A stretch of 64,000 nt of DNA, from the NCBI GenBank assembly GCA_964445435.1, contig CAYUKU010000001.1, forward strand, positions 183,751 to 247,750, written 5' to 3'. This DNA is from an uncultured Gammaproteobacteria bacterium (GTDB lineage: Bacteria; Patescibacteriota; Microgenomatia; UBA10105; UBA927). The notes below the pieces were generated by a model that was given only the letters and a program-made list of their open reading frames with translations, did no database searches and had not been told where the DNA came from. The translations under genes and the position numbers were made by a program. Positions 18,678-29,012 of the stretch are shown piece by piece. How positions within the stretch are numbered: the stretch's first letter is position 1; every line of letters starts with the position of its first letter.

Positions 18678-20315
18678 ATGGGAAAAACAAGATTAATGGT
18701 GACCGCAGCATATCGCTTTATATGTCGTCACTGGATGTACATTCTTCTTTCAGTGTTATATTTCTGGCTTTTCCGACAGCAGCGCGTATGGATTGTTCAC
18801 AGTCCACATGATGATGAATGGTTCATTCGGATGGCTACATCCATCCGTGACGGGCATTGGCTGGGATCATATAATCATATGACACTCATTAAATTGCCGC
18901 TTTATCCGATTTTTTTGTCAGTTGTTTCAGCCCTTGGAGTACCCGTTGGTTTTGCACAGACCTTTTTGTATTGGTTTGCGGCGTCGTTGTTCTATTTTCT
19001 TGTATTCATTCAGCTTGCTTCCCCATTAAGCGGCGTACTATTTGCGTTTTTGCTTTATAATCCATTTCGATTAGCCGACGCGATGTTGTTTCGGGTCTTG
19101 AGGTCGGACATAAATGCGATATTGGCACTTTTCATTTTTGCGAGTTTCAGCGTTCTTTTATTGACTCCCCGCATGCAGTGGTGTACGAAGCGATGGTTTG
19201 CTTGGTTTTATGCATCAGCCTTTTTTCTTTCACTTTTTTACATCAACAGGGAAGAAAATATAACGTTTCTGTCCCTTGAAATGAGCGTACTTGGCTACCT
19301 CGCCTATAAAATGAGGTACGAAAAGCGGTTTCTCCGGCACATATTTATGTATGTACTGGTGAGTGGGGTGGCGTTATTTCTTGTGAGTATCCTGAATTAC
19401 TCCCGGTACGGAATTTTTGCCCCAACGGAGTTCCATACTGCGTGGTTCCGACGGGCATATTCCCAAATCAGCAGAGTGAAGCCACTAACAGTCAACAACA
19501 AAATTCCTATTCCAAAGGAGATCCGAAAGGAATTATACCATGCAAGCCCGGCGTTCCGGCAGTTGGAGCAATTTCTTGAGGGAGACATAGGATACGGGTG
19601 GGCAGAGGTGACATTCGATTTTACACACCTTGATCCGAACCTACGGGAAATAGGCGGCGACTATTTCCGCTGGGCATTGCGTGAGGCTGTCGCGGCAGCG
19701 GGGTATTATGAGTCACCGGATAGCGCGCGACTGTATTACCAAAGACTCGCGCATGAAATAGACTTTGCGTGTAGTGAGAAGCTCGTTGATTGTCGACTGA
19801 CGGGAAATGTATTTCTGCCCCATGCACTTATCTTCCATATTGCCGATATCATCCAAGACTTATCTGCAACGTTTTGGTTTACAATTACGTTTCGTGATAT
19901 TCATATGTTGTCGGAAAGGAGAGCAAATGACCAGGATCTTATTAAGATTTTCGAATCCGTTACGGGAACGCCATCGGATGATTTGGATGCGTCGCCAAAT
20001 GAGATCGTTATGAATATTATGTCTATGTATTCACGAGTTGGACTTGTGATGTACACTGCGCTAGTGTGTGCAGTGTTTCTGATTTTGGGTTCTTACCCAT
20101 TTTCCATTGTTCGGAAGAAATTTCCATGGGCTCTTCTGTTAATCATCTTTGTTGGTGTGTTGCCAATGGCAACATTTTTCGCCGCGTTTACCAGCGCCAA
20201 TAACGAAAATTATGCTGTCGACCCAACGTACCTGTCGGTATTTTACGTATCGTACCTTGTTTTATTCACACTAGGAATAACAGCAATGTACCGGATTGTA
20301 CATGATTCAATGTGA
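18678..20315 (+). CDS. Polytopic membrane protein, probable GT-C fold glycosyltransferase
   Basis: HDD early-loop motif, LIKLPLYPIFL, NREE, many TM helices; TATAGT 6 nt before ATG 18678. Confidence 0.6.
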   Translation: MGKTRLMVTAAYRFICRHWMYILLSVLYFWLFRQQRVWIVHSPHDDEWFIRMATSIRDGHWLGSYNHMTLIKLPLYPIFLSVVSALGVPVGFAQTFLYWFAASLFYFLVFIQLASPLSGVLFAFLLYNPFRLADAMLFRVLRSDINAILALFIFASFSVLLLTPRMQWCTKRWFAWFYASAFFLSLFYINREENITFLSLEMSVLGYLAYKMRYEKRFLRHIFMYVLVSGVALFLVSILNYSRYGIFAPTEFHTAWFRRAYSQISRVKPLTVNNKIPIPKEIRKELYHASPAFRQLEQFLEGDIGYGWAEVTFDFTHLDPNLREIGGDYFRWALREAVAAAGYYESPDSARLYYQRLAHEIDFACSEKLVDCRLTGNVFLPHALIFHIADIIQDLSATFWFTITFRDIHMLSERRANDQDLIKIFESVTGTPSDDLDASPNEIVMNIMSMYSRVGLVMYTALVCAVFLILGSYPFSIVRKKFPWALLLIIFVGVLPMATFFAAFTSANNENYAVDPTYLSVFYVSYLVLFTLGITAMYRIVHDSM

Positions 20316-21449
20316 GAGGTCCGTGTATAAGCGTGAGAAGCATCTGTGCAGCTGATGAGCGGTTTCTATGAACTCATTCTTCGTGTTTCCAAGTCCGGAA
20401 GGAAGATAGAAGCCTGTTTTTTCTACCTCCTGTGCCACAGGAAATGAACGGTTCTTGAATACTTTGAGAGCGGTGAAAGCGCGTGAAGGAGAGTAGAAAA
20501 ATGTACGAGTCTGGATTCCTTTTTCCATGAGTCGATCCATAATATTTTGTCGGGTTACATTTGTTTTTTTACTATTAATACGCACTGCGTACATCCAATA
20601 CACACTCTCGGCCCATGGCTCTTCTTTTGGTAGGATAAGTCCCGGAATGTCTGAGAGGCGTGTGTGATATAGTTTTGCCATCCGACGTTTTTGTGCAAGA
20701 GACATTTCGAGTTCTTCCAGACTCGCGAGGCCGACAGCAGCCTGCATGTTGCTCATAAGGTAGTTGTATCCGATGCCGTTATGGATGAATCGCGTTTTTG
20801 AGTGATTTAGCGACTTGAGCCTATTTACATGTTCAATGAGGGACGCGTTGTTTGATGTGACCATGCCTCCTTCCCCGGTGGTTACCATTTTATTTGCATA
20901 GAAACTAAAAATCGCAATATCCCCTATCGAACCTACAGGCTTTCCTTTGTACATTGCCCCATGTGCTTCTGCGGCGTCTTCAATAACTGCGAGGCTGTAT
21001 TTCTTTGCCAGTTTCATGATTGGATCCATGTCACACGGGTGGCCGAAGAGATGAACAACCATAATGGCCTTCGTGCGCTTGGTGATCGCCTGTTCTACAA
21101 GATCAGGGTTTATCGTATACGTATCGGGGGTTATATCGACGGGTACGGCGACGGCGCCGGTGTACCAGATGGCAAAGAAGCATGACGCAATGGTTGTAGC
21201 GGGAAGAATGACCTCGTCGCCCTTACCGATGCCGAGAGCCATGATGGCTAAATGAAGAGAGGCGGTTCCCGAACTGGTTGCAGAGGCATAAGAAACGCCC
21301 AGCCGGCGGGCAAATTGGTTTTCAAATTCCTTGACGTACGGTCCTTCCGAGGAAAACCACCCTGTCTTCACACACTCATCAAGATACCGTTTGGCCCGCC
21401 TGGGCACGCGTGGCCTATTGACCGGAATTATTGCGGAATTTTTACCCAT
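20307..21449 (-). CDS. DegT/DnrJ/EryC1/StrS aminotransferase (perosamine synthase-like)
   Basis: SSGTASLHLA, IEDAAEAHGA, SFYANKMVTTGEGG (PLP lysine), GYNYLMSNMQAAVG. Confidence 0.93.
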   Translation of the reverse strand: MGKNSAIIPVNRPRVPRRAKRYLDECVKTGWFSSEGPYVKEFENQFARRLGVSYASATSSGTASLHLAIMALGIGKGDEVILPATTIASCFFAIWYTGAVAVPVDITPDTYTINPDLVEQAITKRTKAIMVVHLFGHPCDMDPIMKLAKKYSLAVIEDAAEAHGAMYKGKPVGSIGDIAIFSFYANKMVTTGEGGMVTSNNASLIEHVNRLKSLNHSKTRFIHNGIGYNYLMSNMQAAVGLASLEELEMSLAQKRRMAKLYHTRLSDIPGLILPKEEPWAESVYWMYAVRINSKKTNVTRQNIMDRLMEKGIQTRTFFYSPSRAFTALKVFKNRSFPVAQEVEKTGFYLPSGLGNTKNEFIETAHQLHRCFSRLYTDLSH

Positions 21450-22420
21450 GTTTTTTTCTTCGACGAAGCGTATGCACTTTCAATCATAGCAATAACCGCT
21501 GCCCCGTCGTCTCCGTTTGGTTGCGGTTGTTTGCCTCCAAAAATGCACTCTTTCATATACAGAAGTTCCCGATGATATGACGTTTTGGGCTCGTTGGAAT
21601 AATCATACGTAGTACATATTCCTGATTTTCCTCCCACCTGGACCGTGTCGTGCGTCGTGGAGTCGATAATGATATATCCGTTTTCTCCCCAGAGCTCGAT
21701 GTGGAGATAGCCTGCCCATTGGATCCATGATGAGGTAATAACGGCATGACGTTTATCCTTCGTGACGAAGATCGCCGATCCAAGATCCTCAACAGACGCT
21801 TTCTTCCAGAAGACATTGGTCATATATGCACTGCAGGAGACGAAGGGGCCCATGAACATGCGTGCGATATCAAGGACGTGACAGCCGTTATCGATAAATG
21901 ATCCCCCGCCAGAAATTGAAGGGTCCCAAAACCACTTCCCCGCCACCCGTTGTCCGTTGATGCCGATGCTTGCCCGAAAGTGAAGCAGTTTGCCGATTGA
22001 GCCGTTTTCATAGAGTTCTCTTGCTTTTTGGACGGTGTGGAAAAATCGGTGATTCGAGCCGGTTTTCAGAAGTCTCTTGTATGTGCGAGAGGCGTTTGTA
22101 ATCTGGCGTGCGCCTTTCAGCGACGGCGCAAGCGGTTTCTCGCATAAGACATGCATGCCTCGTTTGAGTGCTTCGACTGATACGGCGATGTGATCACTAT
22201 TCGGCGTTGATATGATCGCAAGATCAGGAGTGTCATTGAGTTCGGCTAAACCGCCGAAGGTTGGAATACGAAACGTTCGGGAGATCATCTGTCGCCTTGA
22301 GGAAGAAGGATCGACGACACCGACAACTCCGAAATCCCCAGGCATGGAAAGGCAGGCTTCAAGCCGTTTTGTCCCAAAGGATCCTGCGCCAACGATGACA
22401 GTTTTCAGTAACCTTTTCAT
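21428..22420 (-). CDS. Gfo/Idh/MocA oxidoreductase
   Basis: IVGAGSFG, HVLCEKPLA, GGGSFIDNGCHVLD; start reassigned to ATG 22420 behind TGCTACAAT. Confidence 0.9.
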   Translation of the reverse strand: MKRLLKTVIVGAGSFGTKRLEACLSMPGDFGVVGVVDPSSSRRQMISRTFRIPTFGGLAELNDTPDLAIISTPNSDHIAVSVEALKRGMHVLCEKPLAPSLKGARQITNASRTYKRLLKTGSNHRFFHTVQKARELYENGSIGKLLHFRASIGINGQRVAGKWFWDPSISGGGSFIDNGCHVLDIARMFMGPFVSCSAYMTNVFWKKASVEDLGSAIFVTKDKRHAVITSSWIQWAGYLHIELWGENGYIIIDSTTHDTVQVGGKSGICTTYDYSNEPKTSYHRELLYMKECIFGGKQPQPNGDDGAAVIAMIESAYASSKKKTWVKIPQ

Positions 22421-22487
22421 GTCGGGCATTGTAGCAGCCTTATTTCCCGTTCTCAATACAAGTGGAAGCGCTGGTATAATGGCCGTG

Positions 22488-23627
22488 ATGAAACCAGTCG
22501 TCGTTTTTCTTTTTAATTCTCCCATTGAGAGCGGGTGCGATTATGTTTCCCAAACGATGCGCATCGTTTCGCGTACACACAAAGTGTATGGACTCGCGCT
22601 GGGAGACATCGTTGGATTGTCCCGAATATTTGGGACTCAAAGATTTGTGTTTCGACAGAAAGGCTCGTGGGTGCTTAAGCCGATAAGCATCGTGCCGGGT
22701 ATTCGATGGGAGGTGGTTCGTGTCGCCAATTACCTCATTGCCAGTGCGTTTCTTCGTTTATATCTTTCTATTCGATTCCCGGGCCGACCAAAGATTCTTT
22801 GGTATTTCGAGCCGTTTCATATTCCGCCGCTTCTTTCGATATTCCGTCCTTACATGAAGGTATACGATTGTGTAGATTATTATCCGGGTTTTCATGAAGC
22901 GGCGAAGCGACAACACATAACACTTCTTGAAAGGTCAGACTATGTCTTTGCTAATTCCACCGCACTTGGCAAGGAGCTCGCACGGACCCGTCCCGACACC
23001 ACCGTAGTTCCGGTGGGATTTGCCCAAGAGCTGTTTGCCCACATGCGTGATTCCCCGCCTTTTTTCGATAAAAAAACGCTTGTTGTCGGATATATTGGAA
23101 GCATTAGCGACAGGATTGATTTCGGATTTGTCCATGCGGTTGCAAAAAAACTTCCCTATGTAACATTTAGATTTATCGGGTCCCTGGAGGATGGCGTCTT
23201 CGGCAAGAGGGATCGGGCACGCCAGTCATTTGAAAAACTTGTACAGTTGAAAAACGTTATGTGGATTCCGGCAGTTCCCAAAAAAGATGTCCCCAGAATT
23301 CTTGAGGAGATTGACATCGGACTAATCCCCTATCGTTCCGAAGCGAGCTTCAACCGATTGTCTTTTCCCATGAAAGTGTTTGAATATTTTTATGCAGGCA
23401 AGCCGGTAGTTAGCTTGCCCATTGAGGCACTCGCGCAGTTTGCACGCGAAGAATTGCTTTATATCGTGCAAGATGATGTAAGGGCTGTAGATATAATAAT
23501 GGAGATTCATCGCGCCGGTTGGACAGTTGCAAAAATGCGAAAGCAGCGGAAGCATGCGTTGAAAAACACATGGCGCGAAAAAATTTCTGCTATTTTCCGA
23601 GTGCTGCAAATGTTGCCCCAACAATAG
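22488..23627 (+). CDS. GT-B (GT4-like) glycosyltransferase
   Basis: VYDCVD, VGYIGSISDRIDF, DIGLIPY, PMKVFEYFYAGKPVVS; start reassigned to ATG 22488 behind TGGTATAAT. Confidence 0.85.
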   Translation: MKPVVVFLFNSPIESGCDYVSQTMRIVSRTHKVYGLALGDIVGLSRIFGTQRFVFRQKGSWVLKPISIVPGIRWEVVRVANYLIASAFLRLYLSIRFPGRPKILWYFEPFHIPPLLSIFRPYMKVYDCVDYYPGFHEAAKRQHITLLERSDYVFANSTALGKELARTRPDTTVVPVGFAQELFAHMRDSPPFFDKKTLVVGYIGSISDRIDFGFVHAVAKKLPYVTFRFIGSLEDGVFGKRDRARQSFEKLVQLKNVMWIPAVPKKDVPRILEEIDIGLIPYRSEASFNRLSFPMKVFEYFYAGKPVVSLPIEALAQFAREELLYIVQDDVRAVDIIMEIHRAGWTVAKMRKQRKHALKNTWREKISAIFRVLQMLPQQ

Positions 23628-24468
23628 TGCCGTAGAGTCTTGCCAGCGCTTTGGTTATTTCGTAATAAAGTGATCGGAAGCGAATACAAGGAAACACACT
23701 TCTAAATATCGATACTACCGAATCTCGGATATTTGCATATACGATTTTCGCTGCAAACGGAAAATGGCGGAAGTAATAGTATGAGTAGCATGCCATTTCG
23801 CCGCACACATAGGACAATTCTAATTGGCGCATAGCCGTTGGCGTTACCCATCGATTGTGATACACAATTGATTGTGGCGTACTGACGATTTTGCCGCCCG
23901 CTGTCAAAACGCGGAGCGCGAATTCAGCGTCCTCTGCGTTGCTACCAAGAGAGCCTGGACCTAGCCAGGTTTTAAATGGTCCGAATGAATCAAAAACGGA
24001 TTTTCGAAATGCCATATTGTTTCCAAATCCAATGTATTTGGAGTGTAAAAGCGGTTTTTTAAACATTCGTACGCGACGGGTGACGAAAACGGACGGGCAG
24101 ACTTGCAGCGTGTGATTTTTCGGTCTGTACGGAAACGTGTTCCCAAAAACTGCCAAAACGTTGGGATCCTTATCAAACTGTTTTTTTATCGAAGAAAGCC
24201 AATGTGGTGAAACAATGCAATCATCGTCAGTAAATGCCAGGATATCGCCTCTTGCGATGCGCGTTGCAATGTTGAGAGCATTGGATTTTCCTGATCCTGG
24301 CTCGTGGACATAACGGATGTTTACATGCACCTGTGAAACTAGAGCCGGAGTTGTGCTTTGGTCGATAATGATAACTTCAAAGTCCTTCCAAGAGGATTTT
24401 GCGAGCGCCTTAAGGCACCGGATTAAATCCTGCTTGCGATGCTTTGTTGCTATTATGACCGATATCAT
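23590..24468 (-). CDS. GT2-family glycosyltransferase
   Basis: ISVIIAT, EVIIIDQS, AFTDDDC, GNNMAFRK, AEDAEF. Confidence 0.9.
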   Translation of the reverse strand: MISVIIATKHRKQDLIRCLKALAKSSWKDFEVIIIDQSTTPALVSQVHVNIRYVHEPGSGKSNALNIATRIARGDILAFTDDDCIVSPHWLSSIKKQFDKDPNVLAVFGNTFPYRPKNHTLQVCPSVFVTRRVRMFKKPLLHSKYIGFGNNMAFRKSVFDSFGPFKTWLGPGSLGSNAEDAEFALRVLTAGGKIVSTPQSIVYHNRWVTPTAMRQLELSYVCGEMACYSYYYFRHFPFAAKIVYANIRDSVVSIFRSVFPCIRFRSLYYEITKALARLYGTIVGATFAALGK

Positions 24469-24520
24469 AATCCGAAGCGATCATACCACGGAATTTGGTA
24501 GAATACGCGAGATTATCTTT

Positions 24521-25714
24521 ATGCGCATTCTTTATGTCGTTCCGGAAGAGTTTGACGGGAAGCGGTGGGGCGGGGTCAGCTCGTATACAATCTCAATCGC
24601 GCAAGCGATGACAAAGCGGGGTCACGAGGTGCGCATTCTTACACCAGGAAACAGCTTTCAATGCAGCACCAGATATGACACGACCATCTGTACTCTCCCT
24701 GCGATTGTCCGAACAAGATTTCTGCGATTGATTTTGTGGCCGATACGGATATGTATGCCTCATGTGCATGCCTATATCGCATGGGGTTTATCAGTCCGTT
24801 GGTTTGTCAAATATTATTGGATTCCAGATATCGCTGAGATGCCAGAATGGGGTGCAAGTGCTTTATTCTTGCCCTTCTCTTATCGTCCACGAATCGTCGT
24901 GCGGCTACATAGATCATGGTATCAATACGTATGTGATAATAACCTTCCTGTTTCCCTACAAGATAGGATTATAAATATCTTTGAAATTATTAGCGCATGG
25001 TGTGCTTCAGCTGTGTCAAGTCCCACGATATTCATGCGTTCCCGATACCGGGCGATGTCTGCATATTTTGCCCTACGTCGTGCTCCATTTCGTGTTATCG
25101 CCAACGCCGTAGCACCATGGAGACCCTTCAGGGGCAAGAGGGTTCTTTCCTATCCTTATGTTTTGACGGTAGGAAGGATTGAAGTTGGAAAAGGAAGCGT
25201 GCTTCTGGCAGACGCGTTTCTCGGAATACTTAGACGATTTCCACACATACGACTTGTATATCTCGGCGAAGACACTACAATGTTTATTCGTGGTAGATGG
25301 AGGAGTTGCCAAGAGTATATCTTAGAGAAGTATCGAAAGGCGAACCGAGAGTGGAATGTAGTTTTCACCGGTAAGAAAGCGCATAAAGAGATTGCAGCGT
25401 ATTATTGGGGCTGCATGTTTTATGTCGCGCCGTCGCGCGGCCATGAGAATCCGTCATTGGCGCTTCTTGAAGCTTTGCGTGCGGGTAAGGCTGTTGTAGC
25501 GAGCCGTACTGGCGGAATTCCTGAGATAGTTACGCACGGAAAAAATGGATTATTGTTTGATGTAGATCAGGTGTACGCGTTGCAATCAGCTATAATCCGA
25601 CTTATCACTGATCATCGTCTGCGGATGCGTCTTGCCAGATCATCCAGATACAACGCTTCATCGTTTGACTTATTTTGTCAGCAGACAGAGAGACTTTATA
25701 AATCAATCGTATAA
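24521..25714 (+). CDS. GT4-family glycosyltransferase
   Basis: MRILYV..E...GGVSSY, VGRIEVGKG, ENPSLALLEAL.AGKAVVASRTGGIPEIV. Confidence 0.9.
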   Translation: MRILYVVPEEFDGKRWGGVSSYTISIAQAMTKRGHEVRILTPGNSFQCSTRYDTTICTLPAIVRTRFLRLILWPIRICMPHVHAYIAWGLSVRWFVKYYWIPDIAEMPEWGASALFLPFSYRPRIVVRLHRSWYQYVCDNNLPVSLQDRIINIFEIISAWCASAVSSPTIFMRSRYRAMSAYFALRRAPFRVIANAVAPWRPFRGKRVLSYPYVLTVGRIEVGKGSVLLADAFLGILRRFPHIRLVYLGEDTTMFIRGRWRSCQEYILEKYRKANREWNVVFTGKKAHKEIAAYYWGCMFYVAPSRGHENPSLALLEALRAGKAVVASRTGGIPEIVTHGKNGLLFDVDQVYALQSAIIRLITDHRLRMRLARSSRYNASSFDLFCQQTERLYKSIV

Positions 25715-25719
25715 GTATC

Positions 25720-26574
25720 CTATAGATGATCCCTTTGTGCAATTTGCCGGCAATATTGCCATAGGTCGCGACATTCTGGTAGTTCCCAAAATTTGTATCC
25801 TTTTCCACCGAAAGCATGGAGTATTTTTGCCTTCCCGCCCGCATTCCAACCTGTCCAATAAGCGCTCCATTCCTTTCGTCCTGTGATTGCGTGTTTGAGC
25901 GTTTTGATAAATGGGTAGTGGCCTATACGTGCGACAATAGAGCCGTTCACGATGCGAATTTGACTATACTTGGCAAGTGTATTGTATTCATGTCCTATAT
26001 GTTTGTGCATGAAATCGTAATGCATCCGGCGTAAATATGAATTGAGAATTCCCTGCTGTCCCGCTTGAAGGATGATTCTTTTCCCATCCTGCTTATATTG
26101 TTCTATGAGTTTCGCGAGGGTGATAAAACCATGTCGACTTGAATAACTGAATACTCCGGCATTCATCAACATCCAGTCGTCGTCAAGACGACGTTCCGGG
26201 ATACCAATAAGCGGTTTTTGGGAAATGATCCTCCACCAATCGTCAAGAGAATCCAGAATTAGCGCATCGGCATCTACATAGATAAATTTGTATATTTTTC
26301 GCTTTTCGATTTCATGCCAGAGACCTAGTTGCAATTCCTGAGCCGGATGGTGGGTGAACCCCTCTGTGATCTGACGTACGCTCTTGGGGATAGAAAACGG
26401 TTGTATCCGAATCCTGGGATTGTATTGGACAAATGAAGCAAGTGGCCAGCCTTTCCCTGTATGGAAGATGGTTATTTTCGCGCGCGGGTTATATTTAATA
26501 GCGAATGCAAGCCATGCCTTACACAGAATGGTGGGTTTGCCTTTCTTGTAATCCATGATAGTGATTATATGCAT
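25720..26574 (-). CDS. GT8-like glycosyltransferase
   Basis: FIYVDADAL (DxD), MNAGVF, QQGILN, YN...ILHAFG..K.W. Confidence 0.7.
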   Translation of the reverse strand: MHIITIMDYKKGKPTILCKAWLAFAIKYNPRAKITIFHTGKGWPLASFVQYNPRIRIQPFSIPKSVRQITEGFTHHPAQELQLGLWHEIEKRKIYKFIYVDADALILDSLDDWWRIISQKPLIGIPERRLDDDWMLMNAGVFSYSSRHGFITLAKLIEQYKQDGKRIILQAGQQGILNSYLRRMHYDFMHKHIGHEYNTLAKYSQIRIVNGSIVARIGHYPFIKTLKHAITGRKEWSAYWTGWNAGGKAKILHAFGGKGYKFWELPECRDLWQYCRQIAQRDHL

Positions 26575-26677
26575 ATTGAGATACTGCGCATGTTTGGAAG
26601 AAGTTTACTACACTACGACATCATGCTACAATCAGCCAAACATGTTTTTTGAACTTCCTTAATCCCCTATTTCTTAC

Positions 26678-27730
26678 ATGAAGAAGAAAAACGTTTTTGT
26701 TATTGGTTCCGGAAGGCGAGTTCAGAGTGCGATTTTGCCTGCATTAGCGTGTCTGAATTCTTCCTATCGGATTGCTGGAATTTATTCGCAGTCAATACAT
26801 GCTATCCGAATTCCAGGAACGAAGATAACAATGTGGACAAGTAATCAGTTCTCTGATACCAATTTTTCTGATATTGATCTTATTATTATTGCGATACCCC
26901 CCTCTCAGGTTATTCGTGTAGGTCGTGAGCTGCTGAGTGCCGGAGCACGCCATTGTATTGTGTTCGTCGATACGCCGGTTTTAGCGCTGCGAGATGTTTT
27001 GAGTTGCGGAATTTTTTCTTCGTTTAGAGCCGTGTATGTTTCTGAGGATTACCGGAGTATGCTTTGTTATGATGTGGCCGCTCGCCTTATTAAACGCGGT
27101 TATATAGGCACACTAAAACACGTTTATTTGTTTCATTCCGGTTATAAGTACCATGCCATCGCAGTCATAAAGAAACTTACCGGCTGTCAGTGGGTGCGAG
27201 CGATCAGACGAGTTTCTGTGAGTCGTGAAATAAGCGAATTGCGCCTTCGTCTCCCTGGTGGCGTTGGCGCGACCATCGTGGAGCCGAGGGATTATTCGGT
27301 AGGGAGATTTTTGATCGTTGGCGAAAAAGGCTGCATATCGGATTATCCAATTCAAGAAGCTCGGACAATGCATCTATCCTATTTGGGGAAAGGTACGCGC
27401 ATTGTGGGTTTTCGTGTATCAGGGGCGATACGGAAATGGTATTCTCTACACCCGAATTACCGCACAGAAATCGCAGGTGATGCTTCGGTTAGCGTGCCGC
27501 TGCAGAATCAAAAGATTGAAGGATTGGTGCGCATGTATGCGTCTATCTGGCGTTTCAATTCCTCGTATAAGTATGCATGGTATGATGGGCTATATGATAG
27601 TATTGTTTCATCCATGACTGACCGGTTGGGATGGTTTTGGGACACGGGACTGATCCCATCAGGAGAATCGACTGTAAAGATGTTTATTCGCCTTTTGGGC
27701 AGAATTAATTTTGGATCATGGATGCGATAG
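26678..27730 (+). CDS. Divergent NAD(P)-binding oxidoreductase, Gfo/Idh/MocA-like
   Basis: VIGSGRRV, DLIIIAIP, VDTPV where EKP is usual, G.IG.L; upstream of a DegT/Gfo pair. Confidence 0.55.
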   Translation: MKKKNVFVIGSGRRVQSAILPALACLNSSYRIAGIYSQSIHAIRIPGTKITMWTSNQFSDTNFSDIDLIIIAIPPSQVIRVGRELLSAGARHCIVFVDTPVLALRDVLSCGIFSSFRAVYVSEDYRSMLCYDVAARLIKRGYIGTLKHVYLFHSGYKYHAIAVIKKLTGCQWVRAIRRVSVSREISELRLRLPGGVGATIVEPRDYSVGRFLIVGEKGCISDYPIQEARTMHLSYLGKGTRIVGFRVSGAIRKWYSLHPNYRTEIAGDASVSVPLQNQKIEGLVRMYASIWRFNSSYKYAWYDGLYDSIVSSMTDRLGWFWDTGLIPSGESTVKMFIRLLGRINFGSWMR

Positions 27731-27734
27731 CAAG

Positions 27735-29012
27735 ATGAACGTATTGAAGAATTTTATAAAAAGAACACCATTGTTTCCGTTGGTTCGTAGAATATACCAG
27801 CGTTTAGGCGCGATTCTTTTTCCTGATGAGTTTTCTGACTTTCCTAGCGTGCCCTACCGTTTCAATAAAAAAGAGGCAAAACGTATATACAATATCGTAT
27901 TGAGCGGTAAACTTCACCATCGAGTAGGATACGAAGTTTCTCATTTAGAGCAGGAATTTGCTCAATATCACCGTGTAAAATATGCGCTTGCAACAAATGC
28001 AGGGACAGCGGCGCTCGAGATGGCCGTGAAAGCAGTGGGAATACAACCCGGTGATGAGGTGATAGTCCCATCGTACACATTTATCGCGACCGCGCAGGCG
28101 GTGTTGCTGCGAGGTGGGATTCCTGTTTTTGCAGATATTGATGACACGTTTACAATCTCACCGAAGTCAATCGCAGAAAAAATTACGTCCAGAACCAGGG
28201 CAATTATTCCGGTTCATGTGTTTGGAAATGTTGCCAATATGGAAGCGATCAATAAGATTGCAAGACAGCACAATCTTTCAGTGATTGAAGATTGTTGTCA
28301 GGCTATTGGAGCTCTATACAAGGGAAAAAAAGTGGGTTCGTTATCAGACGTGGCTTGCTTTTCATTTAACGAAAAGAAGGCAGTGACGGCTGGCCAGGGC
28401 GGCATGATTATCACCAATAACAAAAAACTATTCGATATAGCAAACCATACCAGGGAAACCGGCCAGCTTGATGATTCGCTAGCCAGCGATGTCGTAACAA
28501 CCGGAAACACATACGCGCTAACTGAAATGCAGGGAGCGCTTGCGCGGATGGAGTTGGCTCGGCTCGACGAGCTCAATGCCATCCGCAGAGAAAATTTTTC
28601 CTATTTTATAGAAACCATCGACACTGCAGGCCTTCCGCTCAGGTGGTATCGTTTACTTCCCGAGGCGTATCCATCGTTTTCCCGACTGGCGCTTCTTGTC
28701 GATTTCCAAAAGCTAAGCACATCCAGAGCGTCCTTTTTACGAGCGATGCGCGCACGAGATATTCCCATGAAAACCTTCTATCCCAAGCCACTTTATTCAT
28801 ACTCTCTGTTTCAGAATCGTAAAGACGGACTATTGGGTACGGCCTATCCGTTTTCGTTGAACCGTAGCATTGTTTATCGGGGATTGCATCTTCCATATGT
28901 CGAAAAGTTTTGTCGTCAGCTTGTGGGAATTGAGTTTAGTCCATATATAACTAAGCGACACTTACGTTATTTTTGCGGAACGGTTACGCAGTATCTGCGT
29001 TCATATCTATGA
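27735..29012 (+). CDS. DegT/DnrJ/EryC1/StrS aminotransferase
   Basis: NAGTAALEMA, GDEVIVPSYTFIATA, IEDCCQAIGA, SFNEKKAVTAGQGG. Confidence 0.9.
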   Translation: MNVLKNFIKRTPLFPLVRRIYQRLGAILFPDEFSDFPSVPYRFNKKEAKRIYNIVLSGKLHHRVGYEVSHLEQEFAQYHRVKYALATNAGTAALEMAVKAVGIQPGDEVIVPSYTFIATAQAVLLRGGIPVFADIDDTFTISPKSIAEKITSRTRAIIPVHVFGNVANMEAINKIARQHNLSVIEDCCQAIGALYKGKKVGSLSDVACFSFNEKKAVTAGQGGMIITNNKKLFDIANHTRETGQLDDSLASDVVTTGNTYALTEMQGALARMELARLDELNAIRRENFSYFIETIDTAGLPLRWYRLLPEAYPSFSRLALLVDFQKLSTSRASFLRAMRARDIPMKTFYPKPLYSYSLFQNRKDGLLGTAYPFSLNRSIVYRGLHLPYVEKFCRQLVGIEFSPYITKRHLRYFCGTVTQYLRSYL